Shown here piece by piece: positions 49,795 to 58,766 of a stretch of 64,000 nt of DNA (the stretch's first letter is position 1; each line of letters opens with the position of its first letter). The notes beneath the pieces were generated by a model. The model was not told the origin of the DNA. It searched no databases and was given only the letters and a program-made list of their open reading frames with translations. The position numbers were made by a program, and so were the translations under genes. The stretch covers positions 128,001 to 192,000 of the forward strand of contig JAXCHI010000002.1 in assembly GCA_033977065.1 (NCBI GenBank), given 5' to 3'. Source of the stretch: Candidatus Algichlamydia australiensis. GTDB lineage: Bacteria > Chlamydiota > Chlamydiia > Chlamydiales > JAJFMI01.

Positions 49795-50451
49795 TTAACC
49801 AATTTCTTCTAAGGCGAGATTCTTCTCATGAAAATGCATTGCGTGTGAACTCTCTTTACTCAGGCCCATTTCTTTATACGAGAATGAAGCTTCCAAATTA
49901 GGAAGTCTTTTATATCCTAAACTTTCCCAAAAAGTAGTTAGACTTTTGTATTCAGTAGGCATCCTTTTGTCAGATTTATCACGGAAAATTTCACATAAAA
50001 CAACTTTTTCAAATTTCTTTAGTTCTTTCAAGAATTTTTCAAAAGCCAAATACATTTTCTTTCCTGTGCCTTTATTTCTAAACTCCTTCAAAAGCATGAT
50101 TTCACCTAAATAGTAAACTTTATTCATTGGAAGGTTTTTTTTAAGGAACACCTCTTGGACTTCCTCCATCGATTCGCTTACCGGAATTCCGGTAACAGCA
50201 CCAATAACAGTCCCACCTTCAATTGCTAAAATAAATAAAGCATTTTGAGTTTCGGCGTAGATTTGAAGATACTTTTCTTCCCCATCATAACTTCCATCGT
50301 ATAGGTATGGCCACTCTTTAAAAACAACCATTCTAAGTCTAGCAAGCTCGCGTAAATATGGAAGTATCTCTTTTCCTTGTAAGCTAATAATTTCAATGTT
50401 TTTCTTGTAAGTCATATTAAAAATCGAAGCGAAGCAAAGCAAAAAGGTCAA
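49795..50451 (-). CDS. GNAT-family acetyltransferase (start uncertain; ATG alternative at 50415)
   Basis: LARLRMVVFKEWPYLYDG, YLGEIMLLKEFRNKGTG acetyl-CoA motif, FWESLGY. Confidence 0.85.
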   Translation of the reverse strand: MTFLLCFASIFNMTYKKNIEIISLQGKEILPYLRELARLRMVVFKEWPYLYDGSYDGEEKYLQIYAETQNALFILAIEGGTVIGAVTGIPVSESMEEVQEVFLKKNLPMNKVYYLGEIMLLKEFRNKGTGKKMYLAFEKFLKELKKFEKVVLCEIFRDKSDKRMPTEYKSLTTFWESLGYKRLPNLEASFSYKEMGLSKESSHAMHFHEKNLALEEIG

Positions 50452-50559
50452 CCCGCGGAAGTAAAAACTTTTTTCTGATGTAAGCTATTACCGATTGCTT
50501 GGGCATCTTGGTCTTTGCGAAGCGCATTCTTATCGAAAAATCTTCTTATCCATATGAGG

Positions 50560-50728
50560 CTAGTACTCTGTAACAGAAAATTTTAGCATTATTTTTACGT
50601 TAAAGCCTCGGGATTGAACTATCGAAAATCACCTCGTATTTGATTAATACTAGGTGACTTGCGATAGCCCAATCGCGAGAGCTTTCACGTTAAAAAGAAT
50701 AGCAAAATTTTCTGTTACAGAATACTAG
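50560..50728. repeat. 169-bp long-hairpin element (family C) with CTAG ends
   Basis: ctagtactctgtaacagaaaatttt / aaaattttctgttacagaatactag; nested pairing to the centre. Confidence 0.88.
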
Positions 50729-50814
50729 GTAATGGAAAAATAAATATCAAGTATAAAGAGATGAAAAGTTTGTACTCCATATTTTTAGAGATGTTGTTAC
50801 GGGGGGGGTGAGAG

Positions 50815-51516
50815 TTAGCTACTTAAAACAGCTCGGATGTGGTTGCAGTTTTTCTCCCCACAGGTGCAGCCTACTGGTGAACCCAAGTGCACACGATAGC
50901 GCTCTTCAAGGCTAAGAGGGTTTTGCACTTCGTAGGTCTGCTCACCCACTTTGGCGATTTTCCATTCTGAGAAGGTAAGTTCATCATCAGTGACAATTTC
51001 ACTGTCGCTTCCGTCAAACTCGGGATGAACCAGCTCTTTTTCTTTACCTTGCATAGCACGCGCGACCTGGCAGTAAAAGCAGTTACAATGTGGCTCTGCT
51101 TTTGGCATCGCCTCAGTCGCCTCAGAACCAAGCGCTTCGGTTATTTTAGCAATTCTTTCCAACATCTCTTGTGGAAGGTCAGGAGCACCGGATTGGCTTT
51201 GATTGTGCTCAAAGACATTGCCCATTCCTTCTAGCCCTTCAATACCAAACTTAAATGGCATGGCAAAAGCGACGTTGGAGTCGGGGCGCATCTCTGGTTT
51301 AGGCTTTTTAGGTTTTTCTGGTAGAGACTCAAGGTGTTCAGCGTGAGCGATAAAGATCTGCTCTAAGATATCTGTCTCTAGCTCGGGAAGTTCAATTGTT
51401 GCGCCACTCTGGAGAGTGATCAGCAATTTCCCTTCGTGAATGTGGAGCGCGCTGATATTTTTCCACGATGTGGAGATATAAGGGGGGATGCTAAGAATTT
51501 TTTTTGTGAACTTCAT
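50815..51516 (-). CDS. Conserved chlamydial protein with Cys motifs (CT016-like)
   Basis: ILSIPPYISTSW, EPHCNCFYCQ, LGSPVGCTCG..NC.HI; synteny with phoH and the SH3 gene. Confidence 0.8.
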   Translation of the reverse strand: MKFTKKILSIPPYISTSWKNISALHIHEGKLLITLQSGATIELPELETDILEQIFIAHAEHLESLPEKPKKPKPEMRPDSNVAFAMPFKFGIEGLEGMGNVFEHNQSQSGAPDLPQEMLERIAKITEALGSEATEAMPKAEPHCNCFYCQVARAMQGKEKELVHPEFDGSDSEIVTDDELTFSEWKIAKVGEQTYEVQNPLSLEERYRVHLGSPVGCTCGEKNCNHIRAVLSS

Positions 51517-51801
51517 GAGACACCTGCCAGTTTGCTTATACCTAATATTACAATACTTGTGTCAATTTGGTCAAGAAAAATTAGCACTCTAGGTTGCGGT
51601 CTGCTTGTTTTAAACTATTGATTATTACTACCCATTAATGTAAAACATAATTAGAAAGAATAAGGGGAGAGATTAATAATAATTATTTTAAATTACCTAA
51701 TCTCAGGAGATTAATAATAAATACCCCAATTTCCATTCAAAAATCCAATTGGATTATTCAAAAAAATTCTTTTTCTAGCGTCTTTATGTCGCTAAATGTA
51801 A

Positions 51802-51920
51802 GGCAAGTGCTGAACAGGTCACGATTTCCGAAAAAGCTTCGAAAATCGGTCGAAATTAATTTTTCGAACTCGCTAACTCTTATGAAGTTAGCTCTGTTCT
51901 CCAACATCAATTTTGCCTCA
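51802..51920. repeat. Truncated, diverged reverse-orientation copy of the B2 hairpin
   Basis: ttttcgaactcgctaactcttatgaagttagctctgttctccaa aligns to the reverse complement of about 43030-43075. Confidence 0.7.
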
Positions 51921-51948
51921 ATAACCAAAATAACCAAGGAGGGACCTT

Positions 51949-52896
51949 ATGGCCCTAATATCCAATGATGTAATCATACCTCATAATAAATCCAACTCGT
52001 CCAAATCAAGGCGTACCGATCGCAGGCTTTCTAGGTCTGGTGAATCAAAACTCTATAAGGGACGCCGCACGATCAATGTTGCTAAAGAGGAGATCGACCT
52101 CTTTTATGCAAAGGCTGGCCTACAGGTTGAGGCAAATGATTTCTACCCAAATGAGTACTGTCTCCTCTCCTCTCCTGAAAACACATCTGCTCTAGCAAAG
52201 TATAATTCTAAAACCAAACTTTTAGAGCCACTTGTTCCATTAAAGCGCGATGTGTGGGGGATCAACCCTCTCAATGTTGAGCAGCGCTGCGCTATGGACC
52301 TGCTTCTGCGTGACGACATCAAACTGGTAACGTTTATTGGGAAAGCAGGAACAGGAAAGACCTTGATGGCTCTCGCTTGTGCCCTTCGAAAAGTTTTTGA
52401 TGAGGACTCTTTTCGCCGTATCTTTGTTTCACGACCGATCATGCCTCTTGGCAAAGATATCGGCTATCTTCCTGGAACTAAAGAGGAAAAGCTTGTTCAC
52501 TGGATGCAGCCGATCTTTGATAACCTCGATGTGCTTTGTGATTCAGGTGACAACTCAGGAGAGACAAAAAATTGGATCATGGAGTCGGGCAAAGTTGAAA
52601 TGGAGGCGATCACCTATGTTCGTGGTCGATCGCTCTCTAACGCCTTCATTATCATTGACGAAGCGCAAAATCTTACCCCCCACGAAATGAAAACAATCAT
52701 TTCGCGTGCGGGTCACAACACCAAGATTGTTCTCACAGGAGATCCTTGGCAGATTGACAACCCAAAGCTTGATCCGGAAAACAACGGCCTCACGTATGTG
52801 GTCGACCGCTTTAAAAAGCAGAAGATTTATGGCCATATGGTGCTGGAGAAGTCTGAGCGTTCTGAGCTTGCTGCTTTAGCTGCCGACCTTCTATAA
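51949..52896 (+). CDS. phoH: PhoH-family ATPase (PhoH2-type, lacking a PIN domain)
   Basis: GKAGTGKT, IGYLPG, YVRGRS, IIDEAQN, GDPWQID; AAGGAGG SD. Confidence 0.88.
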   Translation: MALISNDVIIPHNKSNSSKSRRTDRRLSRSGESKLYKGRRTINVAKEEIDLFYAKAGLQVEANDFYPNEYCLLSSPENTSALAKYNSKTKLLEPLVPLKRDVWGINPLNVEQRCAMDLLLRDDIKLVTFIGKAGTGKTLMALACALRKVFDEDSFRRIFVSRPIMPLGKDIGYLPGTKEEKLVHWMQPIFDNLDVLCDSGDNSGETKNWIMESGKVEMEAITYVRGRSLSNAFIIIDEAQNLTPHEMKTIISRAGHNTKIVLTGDPWQIDNPKLDPENNGLTYVVDRFKKQKIYGHMVLEKSERSELAALAADLL

Positions 52897-52905
52897 TTTG
52901 TTTTT

Positions 52906-53760
52906 ATGAAGCGTTACCATCAATTATCGCCTCCTCAAGAGGCGATTTTGGTTAAAAAAGGAACGGAGCGTCCCGGTTCGGGCAAGTTCAATGATTTTTC
53001 TGAGCCTGGCATCTACACCTGCGCGCAATGCGATGCGCCTCTCTATCTCTCTAAAGATAAATTCTCCTCCGGCTGTGGCTGGCCCAGCTTTGATGATGAA
53101 ATTCCAGATGCCGTCAACCGCTATCCCGACCCCGATGGGATGCGCACAGAAATTGTCTGCGCACGCTGCAATGGCCATCTTGGTCATGTCTTTACAGGGG
53201 AAAATCTCACCGATACAAACACACGCCACTGTGTTAATTCTATTTCTCTTTCCTTTGAGCCTGCTTTAACTGAAGAGAGATATGAGCGCGCGCTTTTTGC
53301 TGGCGGCTGTTTTTGGGGAGTGGAGCATCTTTTTGCAAAAGAGAAAGGTGTAATCAAAGCGACCTCAGGCTACTGTGGCGGTCACCTTGTCAACCCCACC
53401 TACAAAGAAGTTTGTGGCGGTGGCACAGAACATGCAGAAGTTGTAGAAGTTCTTTTTGATCCGCAAAAAACCGATTATGAAACTCTTACCAAATTCTTCT
53501 TTGAAATTCACGATCCGACACAAGGCCCGCGCCAAGGTCCCGATATTGGTCGGCAGTATCGCTCTGCCATTTTTTACTTCACTGAAGAGCAGAAACAGAT
53601 CGCGGAAAAACTTGTTGCAAAGCTTAAGGCGAAAGGATTTGAGGTGACAACAGAAATTGTTCCTGCAAGTCATTTTTATAAAGCAGAAGAGCATCACCAA
53701 CACTACTACGAAAAAACAGGAAAAAATCCCTATTGCCACATACGTATATCTAGGTTTTAG
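52906..53760 (+). CDS. msrAB: Bifunctional methionine sulfoxide reductase MsrB-MsrA
   Basis: [20 protein letters not shown] (MsrB); [21 protein letters not shown] (MsrA). Confidence 0.96.
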   Translation: MKRYHQLSPPQEAILVKKGTERPGSGKFNDFSEPGIYTCAQCDAPLYLSKDKFSSGCGWPSFDDEIPDAVNRYPDPDGMRTEIVCARCNGHLGHVFTGENLTDTNTRHCVNSISLSFEPALTEERYERALFAGGCFWGVEHLFAKEKGVIKATSGYCGGHLVNPTYKEVCGGGTEHAEVVEVLFDPQKTDYETLTKFFFEIHDPTQGPRQGPDIGRQYRSAIFYFTEEQKQIAEKLVAKLKAKGFEVTTEIVPASHFYKAEEHHQHYYEKTGKNPYCHIRISRF

Positions 53761-54907
53761 TTCCTGCTAGAAAGCTTGTCGTCCAGGCATTCTGAAAGTT
53801 AAAGCCACCTGTAACGCCATCAATATCTAAAATTTCGCCGGCGAAGTGGAGACCAGGGCAGATTTTGCTCTCCATCGTTTTGAAGTTGACCTCGCGGAGG
53901 GGGATGCCGCCGCAGGTCACAAATTCTTCTTTATTCGTTGTTTTGCCCTCGACTTGGTAGGTGTCGGCTTGGAGCTTTTTGGTGAGTTGCCCGATTTCTT
54001 GGTTAGAGAGAGTGGCGATTTTCTTTTCTCCAATGGGGCCAATGAGAGTTTTCCAGAGGGATTTGGGAAGTAGGTTTTCTGAAGAAAGAAGTTTTTTGGG
54101 ATTGGCATTTTTGATTTGTTCTGGAGAGAAGTTGGGAAGCCAGTTGATGGTGAGGGGAGTGCAATACTTTTTTTCTGCGAGGTGGCGTGCGGCAAAGGCG
54201 GAGAGTTTGAGTGCGGCAGGACCGCTAAAGCCAAAGTGGGTAATGAGCAGGGGACCGGTTTGTGTAAAGTGGTCGAGGGTTAATTTTGCAGGAACGGAGA
54301 TACCAGAGAGCTCTTTAAGTGGTGAGTTGGGGACATTAAAGGTGAAGAGGGAGGGAACGGGATCAATGATCGTATGACCGAGAGATTTGGCAAAGTTGTG
54401 GCCTTGGAATGAGCTACCGGTAGCGAGTAAAAGTTTTTTGGTGTGAAGGTTATCAAGCTGAAAGCCATTTTCGGTTTTTGTGATGCTTTGGATGCGCGTG
54501 CGTGTGCGGATTTCAACCCCGAGTGTTTCGGCTTCTTTCAGGAGGCAGTTAATGATGGTTTCGGAAGAGTTTGTTACGGGAAACATGCGGCCATCTTTTT
54601 CAGTTTTCAGTTTGACACCGCGAGAGGAGAACCAGTCGATGGTCTCTTGTGGGCCAAATTTGTGAAAAGGACCAAGAAGCTCTTTAGAGCCGCGTGGATA
54701 ATTTTGAGTGAGTTCGCGTGGATCAAAGCAGGAGTGAGTAACATTGCAGCGCCCCCCGCCAGAGATACGCACTTTTGACAGAAGTTGCGCGGTTTTTTCT
54801 ACGACAAGAACGCGAGCGAATTTTGCTGCATGACAAGCGGCAAAAATCCCGGCGGCACCACCACCTAAGATAATAAGGTCATACTCTTCTTTTTGCGCGA
54901 TAGCCAT
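53750..54907 (-). CDS. HI0933/BaiN-family flavoprotein
   Basis: [39 protein letters not shown]. Confidence 0.92.
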   Translation of the reverse strand: MAIAQKEEYDLIILGGGAAGIFAACHAAKFARVLVVEKTAQLLSKVRISGGGRCNVTHSCFDPRELTQNYPRGSKELLGPFHKFGPQETIDWFSSRGVKLKTEKDGRMFPVTNSSETIINCLLKEAETLGVEIRTRTRIQSITKTENGFQLDNLHTKKLLLATGSSFQGHNFAKSLGHTIIDPVPSLFTFNVPNSPLKELSGISVPAKLTLDHFTQTGPLLITHFGFSGPAALKLSAFAARHLAEKKYCTPLTINWLPNFSPEQIKNANPKKLLSSENLLPKSLWKTLIGPIGEKKIATLSNQEIGQLTKKLQADTYQVEGKTTNKEEFVTCGGIPLREVNFKTMESKICPGLHFAGEILDIDGVTGGFNFQNAWTTSFLAGTKT

Positions 54908-56258
54908 AGAATAAAAGGACAGGGAGTAGGAGCGAGATAAGCCCTATTCCAATCATGGTAGAGTAGGTTTTAATGGATTCTATATGAATTTCTTCAGGCG
55001 GGAAGAAGCCGACAAAGATGGTGAGGGCGCAGGCGAAAAGGCCAAGCAGACAGGTGGTCCAGATGCCAAGATTATTCCCAGGAATTTTAAATACTGCAGG
55101 GCGATCGTGGTGCTTGTAGTGAAGAATGAGACCAGAGAGAAACATGAGGATGTACATCAACATGTAGAGGCAGGTGCTAAGTGCAGTTAAAAACCAGTAG
55201 AAACTATTGACGCTAGGAACAAGGAGGAAGAGTAGGCAGAAAAGACTTACAAATACTCCCTGCGCAATCATAATGCGAGAGGGAACACCATAACGATTTT
55301 TTTTAGAAAAGAAAGGGGGCATAAAGCCAAATTCAGAGGCGTGAAGCAGGCCTTTGGCGGGGGAAATCAGCCAATTAATAATGCTGCCAACGGTGCCGAT
55401 GACGACAAGGAAAGTGAGCGGCATGAGGCACCACTCCATGTGAAAGACGGAGAAAAAGTTGGCAAAGACTTGCATCACACCTGATACAAGGTTGATTTCG
55501 GAATCGGGAAGGACAAAAGCGATGGCAAGAGAGCCCAAAATCATGGTTGTCAAGATAAAGGCACAGGAGATGAAAATCGCTTTGGGAAAGTTGCGCTGTG
55601 GGCTATCAATCTCTTTAATATGCACGCCAGAGAGTTCCATTCCGAGGTAGGAGGCCATAATGGCAATCAGCGAGACCCAGCTTGTAGAAGACTTAAATGA
55701 GGGCAAAATGCTCCCAAAGGTAATCGAAATTTGAAGAGGTTCTCCAGAAACGGCCCAAAAAATTCCTAAGAATATGAGGGCAAACATCGGAAAGACAGTT
55801 CCAATAAGGACGCAGATACTATTGATTTTTGCAGAGATACGTAGGCCGAAGAGATTGACAAAGGTGAGACCCCAAAACACGGAGAGGACAACAGCTGCGA
55901 TATAACCTTTATGTTCGGCAAGTGCGGGATTAACGAGGTAGGCGAGGGTTCCCGCAATGAAAGAGAGAATTGTCGGATACCAGACCATGGTATTGATCCA
56001 TTGGAGCCAGATAGCAAGCATCCCAGTCTTTTCGCCAAAGGCCATCTGCACCCAGTGGTAGACCCCGCCTTTTTCGGGAAAAGTTGCGGAGAGTTCAGCT
56101 GCAATTAGAGAGGTAGGAATTAAAAATATTAATGCCGCAAAAATAAAAAAGAAAATTAACTCACTGCCAAAAAGAGCAGCAGCAGGAAGATTGCGAATGC
56201 TATCAATAGCAGCAATGACTAAAAGGACAAGGGAAAATAGAGAAATTTTCTTACTCAT
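54879..56258 (-). CDS. APC-superfamily amino acid permease (GadC-like)
   Basis: SIRNLP, AELSATFPEKGGVYHWV, GMELS; about 12 TM segments. Confidence 0.9.
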   Translation of the reverse strand: MSKKISLFSLVLLVIAAIDSIRNLPAAALFGSELIFFFIFAALIFLIPTSLIAAELSATFPEKGGVYHWVQMAFGEKTGMLAIWLQWINTMVWYPTILSFIAGTLAYLVNPALAEHKGYIAAVVLSVFWGLTFVNLFGLRISAKINSICVLIGTVFPMFALIFLGIFWAVSGEPLQISITFGSILPSFKSSTSWVSLIAIMASYLGMELSGVHIKEIDSPQRNFPKAIFISCAFILTTMILGSLAIAFVLPDSEINLVSGVMQVFANFFSVFHMEWCLMPLTFLVVIGTVGSIINWLISPAKGLLHASEFGFMPPFFSKKNRYGVPSRIMIAQGVFVSLFCLLFLLVPSVNSFYWFLTALSTCLYMLMYILMFLSGLILHYKHHDRPAVFKIPGNNLGIWTTCLLGLFACALTIFVGFFPPEEIHIESIKTYSTMIGIGLISLLLPVLLFYGYRAKRRV

Positions 56259-56283
56259 CCTTCGAGTATAATGGGTTTAAGAA

Positions 56284-56670
56284 TTATCTGCGACCGCGGC
56301 GCCCTCTGTGCTCTCCTCTTCTTTCACGCTCTCTTCGGTAATATCTACGGCTGCGGCGACGGTGATAGTGTCTTCCTCCGTAGTAACGTCTGTCATAGTA
56401 GTGGTAGTGCCACCGTCTATAGCCATAATGGTAGTAGCGATGGTAGTAAAGATTTCTTCTCCGCCATGCGTAGAAGTCGGGCCTTGTAGAAAAATAAACC
56501 CCGTAATAGACGCCAGGTCCAACCCAGATTACTTCTGAATCGTCATAGCCATCTGGGTCATCGTAGTCATCATACCCACCAGAATGGTACTCTACATAGC
56601 CGCCTTGCGCAGAGAGTTTTCCTCCTAAAACAATCATGCAAACAAAAACTAAGAAGTGGTATCTATTCAC
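56284..56670 (-). CDS. Secreted Tyr/His/Arg-rich low-complexity protein (paralog 2)
   Basis: Signal peptide ending LSA, acidic spacer, WVGPGVYYG core, Y/H/R-rich tail. Confidence 0.7.
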   Translation of the reverse strand: MNRYHFLVFVCMIVLGGKLSAQGGYVEYHSGGYDDYDDPDGYDDSEVIWVGPGVYYGVYFSTRPDFYAWRRRNLYYHRYYHYGYRRWHYHYYDRRYYGGRHYHRRRSRRYYRRERERRGEHRGRRGRR

Positions 56671-56676
56671 TCGCTT

Positions 56677-57114
56677 TTACCTGCGCCCGCCGCCTCTACG
56701 GCCTCCGCCGCGACGTCCACCACCTCCGCCATGGTAATGGTAGTGTTGGTGCACATCTGTTTTGTGGCCTCCAGCTGGTTCAGCGCGACGCTCTCCAGCT
56801 CTATTATCGCGCTCGCGGTTGCGATCTCGATTTCGATCATAGTCACGATCTCGGTCCCAATCTCGGTCATAGTGGTAGTGGTAATGGTAGAAGAGGTGGT
56901 TGCGTCTCCAACCGATAAAGGCTGCTTCGGTTGCAAACCAGAGACCGTAATAGTAGCCCGGACCGACCCAAACGACATTATCTGATTGATCAGAGTCGTT
57001 TTGACTATCTGACTTGTCATTACTACTATCTTGATTATTTTGATCGTTTTGAGCGCACATGGTGCAACAGACCATTGTTATGGAAGCAAGAAAAAAAGAA
57101 AGATATTTATTCAT
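56677..57114 (-). CDS. Secreted Tyr/His/Arg-rich low-complexity protein (paralog 1)
   Basis: Signal peptide ending MCA, D/N/Q/S spacer, WVGPGYYYG core, HY and RD repeats, RGG tail. Confidence 0.7.
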   Translation of the reverse strand: MNKYLSFFLASITMVCCTMCAQNDQNNQDSSNDKSDSQNDSDQSDNVVWVGPGYYYGLWFATEAAFIGWRRNHLFYHYHYHYDRDWDRDRDYDRNRDRNRERDNRAGERRAEPAGGHKTDVHQHYHYHGGGGGRRGGGRRGGGRR

Positions 57115-57169
57115 TTTAAAGAAAATTAAGCTTTTCTTTTTAATAACAAATAAAAATTATTTGGTAAAA

Positions 57170-58396
57170 TTACTTTCTTCTTTTTCTTTTTGCGGGTTTT
57201 CTTTTATTTTGAAAACGGGGACGAGGCTTTGGACGAGATGAAGTTGAAGGTTTTTTTCTAGATGGCTCAAATCCCACTCTTTCAACGACATCCATCTTGT
57301 GCCCTGTGAATTCTTGAATTTTTTTCACTAAGTGCGCATCCCGATGGGAAGCAAACGAGAGAGCTGTACCTTTTGCACCCGCTCGACCTGTTCTTCCAAT
57401 CCGATGAACGTAATCTTCGATGTTACGCGGAAGATCAAAGTTGATCACGTGGGTGATCGATTGTACATCGATACCGCGCGCTGCAACATCAGTTGCAACT
57501 AAAATTTTAATCTTTCCATTGCGCAGCTGAGAGATCGTGCGTGTGCGCTGTCTTTGGCTCATATCGCCATGGAGTGCCGCTGTAGAAAACCCTTTGTCAT
57601 AAAGCTCCTCAACTAACTGATCGGCATGCCGTTTAGTAGAAGTAAAGACGATCGCGTTATCAATAGGATCTTCATTTAGGATATGGTCGAGCAGACGGTT
57701 TTTATGCCCAATGTTATCGACATAGTGAAGATTTTGTTGGATGTTCTCGTGCTTTGCTTTTTTAGCGTGGACAACAACATCTACAGGATTCCGCATCAGC
57801 TCGTTAGAAAATTTCATAACACTACCTTCAAGGGTGGCGGAAAAGAGGAGTGTTTGACGCGATTTTGGAGTTGCCGAAGCGATTTGATTGACGGGTTCAA
57901 CAAAACCCATATCGAGCATGCGATCCGCTTCATCAAGAATAAGCATCTCAACTTTTGAAAGGTTAACCTTGCGCTGCGTGATGAGATCGATCAAGCGTCC
58001 TGGGGTGGCAATCAGCAAATCACATGGCCGTGCGAGCTTTCGCAGCTGTTTGTGATAGGGAACACCGCCATAAATACAAGCAACTTTCATCTTCTGCAAA
58101 TATTTGCCGTACTTTTCAACCTGAGTAGAGATTTGAATTGCTAACTCGCGAGTTGGAGCCAAAATCAGTACACGAGGAGCCTTGCTTGGTTTTTCTCGAG
58201 GAGTGAGAATTTTGTTAATAGCAGGGAGAAGAAACGCAGCAGTCTTACCAGTCCCTGTTTGGGCAGAAGCGCGAAGGTCGAGACCTTCAGAGACTTTCGT
58301 TATAGTTTTAAATTGAACTTCAGTAGGTTCCAAATACCCGGCCTCTTCAAGAGCTTTTAGAAGTTTGGGGTGTAGATTAAATTTTTCAAAAGACAC
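57170..58396 (-). CDS. DEAD-box RNA helicase (RhlE-like)
   Basis: AQTGTGKT, PTRELA, DEADRMLDMGF, SAT, HRIGRTGRAG; basic C-tail; GTG start with AAGGA SD. Confidence 0.95.
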   Translation of the reverse strand: MSFEKFNLHPKLLKALEEAGYLEPTEVQFKTITKVSEGLDLRASAQTGTGKTAAFLLPAINKILTPREKPSKAPRVLILAPTRELAIQISTQVEKYGKYLQKMKVACIYGGVPYHKQLRKLARPCDLLIATPGRLIDLITQRKVNLSKVEMLILDEADRMLDMGFVEPVNQIASATPKSRQTLLFSATLEGSVMKFSNELMRNPVDVVVHAKKAKHENIQQNLHYVDNIGHKNRLLDHILNEDPIDNAIVFTSTKRHADQLVEELYDKGFSTAALHGDMSQRQRTRTISQLRNGKIKILVATDVAARGIDVQSITHVINFDLPRNIEDYVHRIGRTGRAGAKGTALSFASHRDAHLVKKIQEFTGHKMDVVERVGFEPSRKKPSTSSRPKPRPRFQNKRKPAKRKRRK

Positions 58397-58502
58397 GAGA
58401 TATTCCTTGGTGATTTTTTGGATCTATCTGAATAGGCTTGTTGTGCTATTTTCTACCAATTTTGCGATATTTTCCCGAATAACTTTAATCAAGTTAGTCT
58501 TG

Positions 58503-58668
58503 AAAACTTAAGTTGCTGCCCCCCTTTCCCCTCTGAAGAGATCCTTTTTGCGACCTGTTTCGTTTCAAATTTCAGAAATGTTTAACAAACATTCCTTCAA
58601 TTTGAAACGAAACATCTCATCAAAAATCCCTCTCTCTATAGAAGAAACTGGGTAGTAACTTAAGTTTT
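58503..58668. repeat. 166-bp long-hairpin element (family A)
   Basis: aaaacttaagttgctgccc...gggtagtaacttaagtttt; collinear with 49481-49646. Confidence 0.88.
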
Positions 58669-58766
58669 TGAAAAGATCCTAAACTCTTTGAAAACCTTTA
58701 AAACAGCTTTATTAGGACTGACCCTTAATATATCTTAACAGATAGTGTGTAATAAAAAGAAACTTT

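Noticed and set aside
51786..51968. 60-aa ORF upstream of phoH as a remnant PIN domain
   Set aside because: It is translated hairpin-element sequence with no PIN acidic motifs
56277..57020. Thr-rich alternative-frame ORFs (56277-56522, 56667-57020) and antisense ORFs
   Set aside because: Shadows of the low-complexity Tyr/His/Arg codons; the signal-peptide-bearing frames are more coherent
6222..58668. Hairpin elements as tRNAs or a canonical integron array
   Set aside because: No cloverleaf or T-loop motifs; no integrase, no consistent RYYYAAC/GTTRRRY ends, and copies are dispersed among core genes
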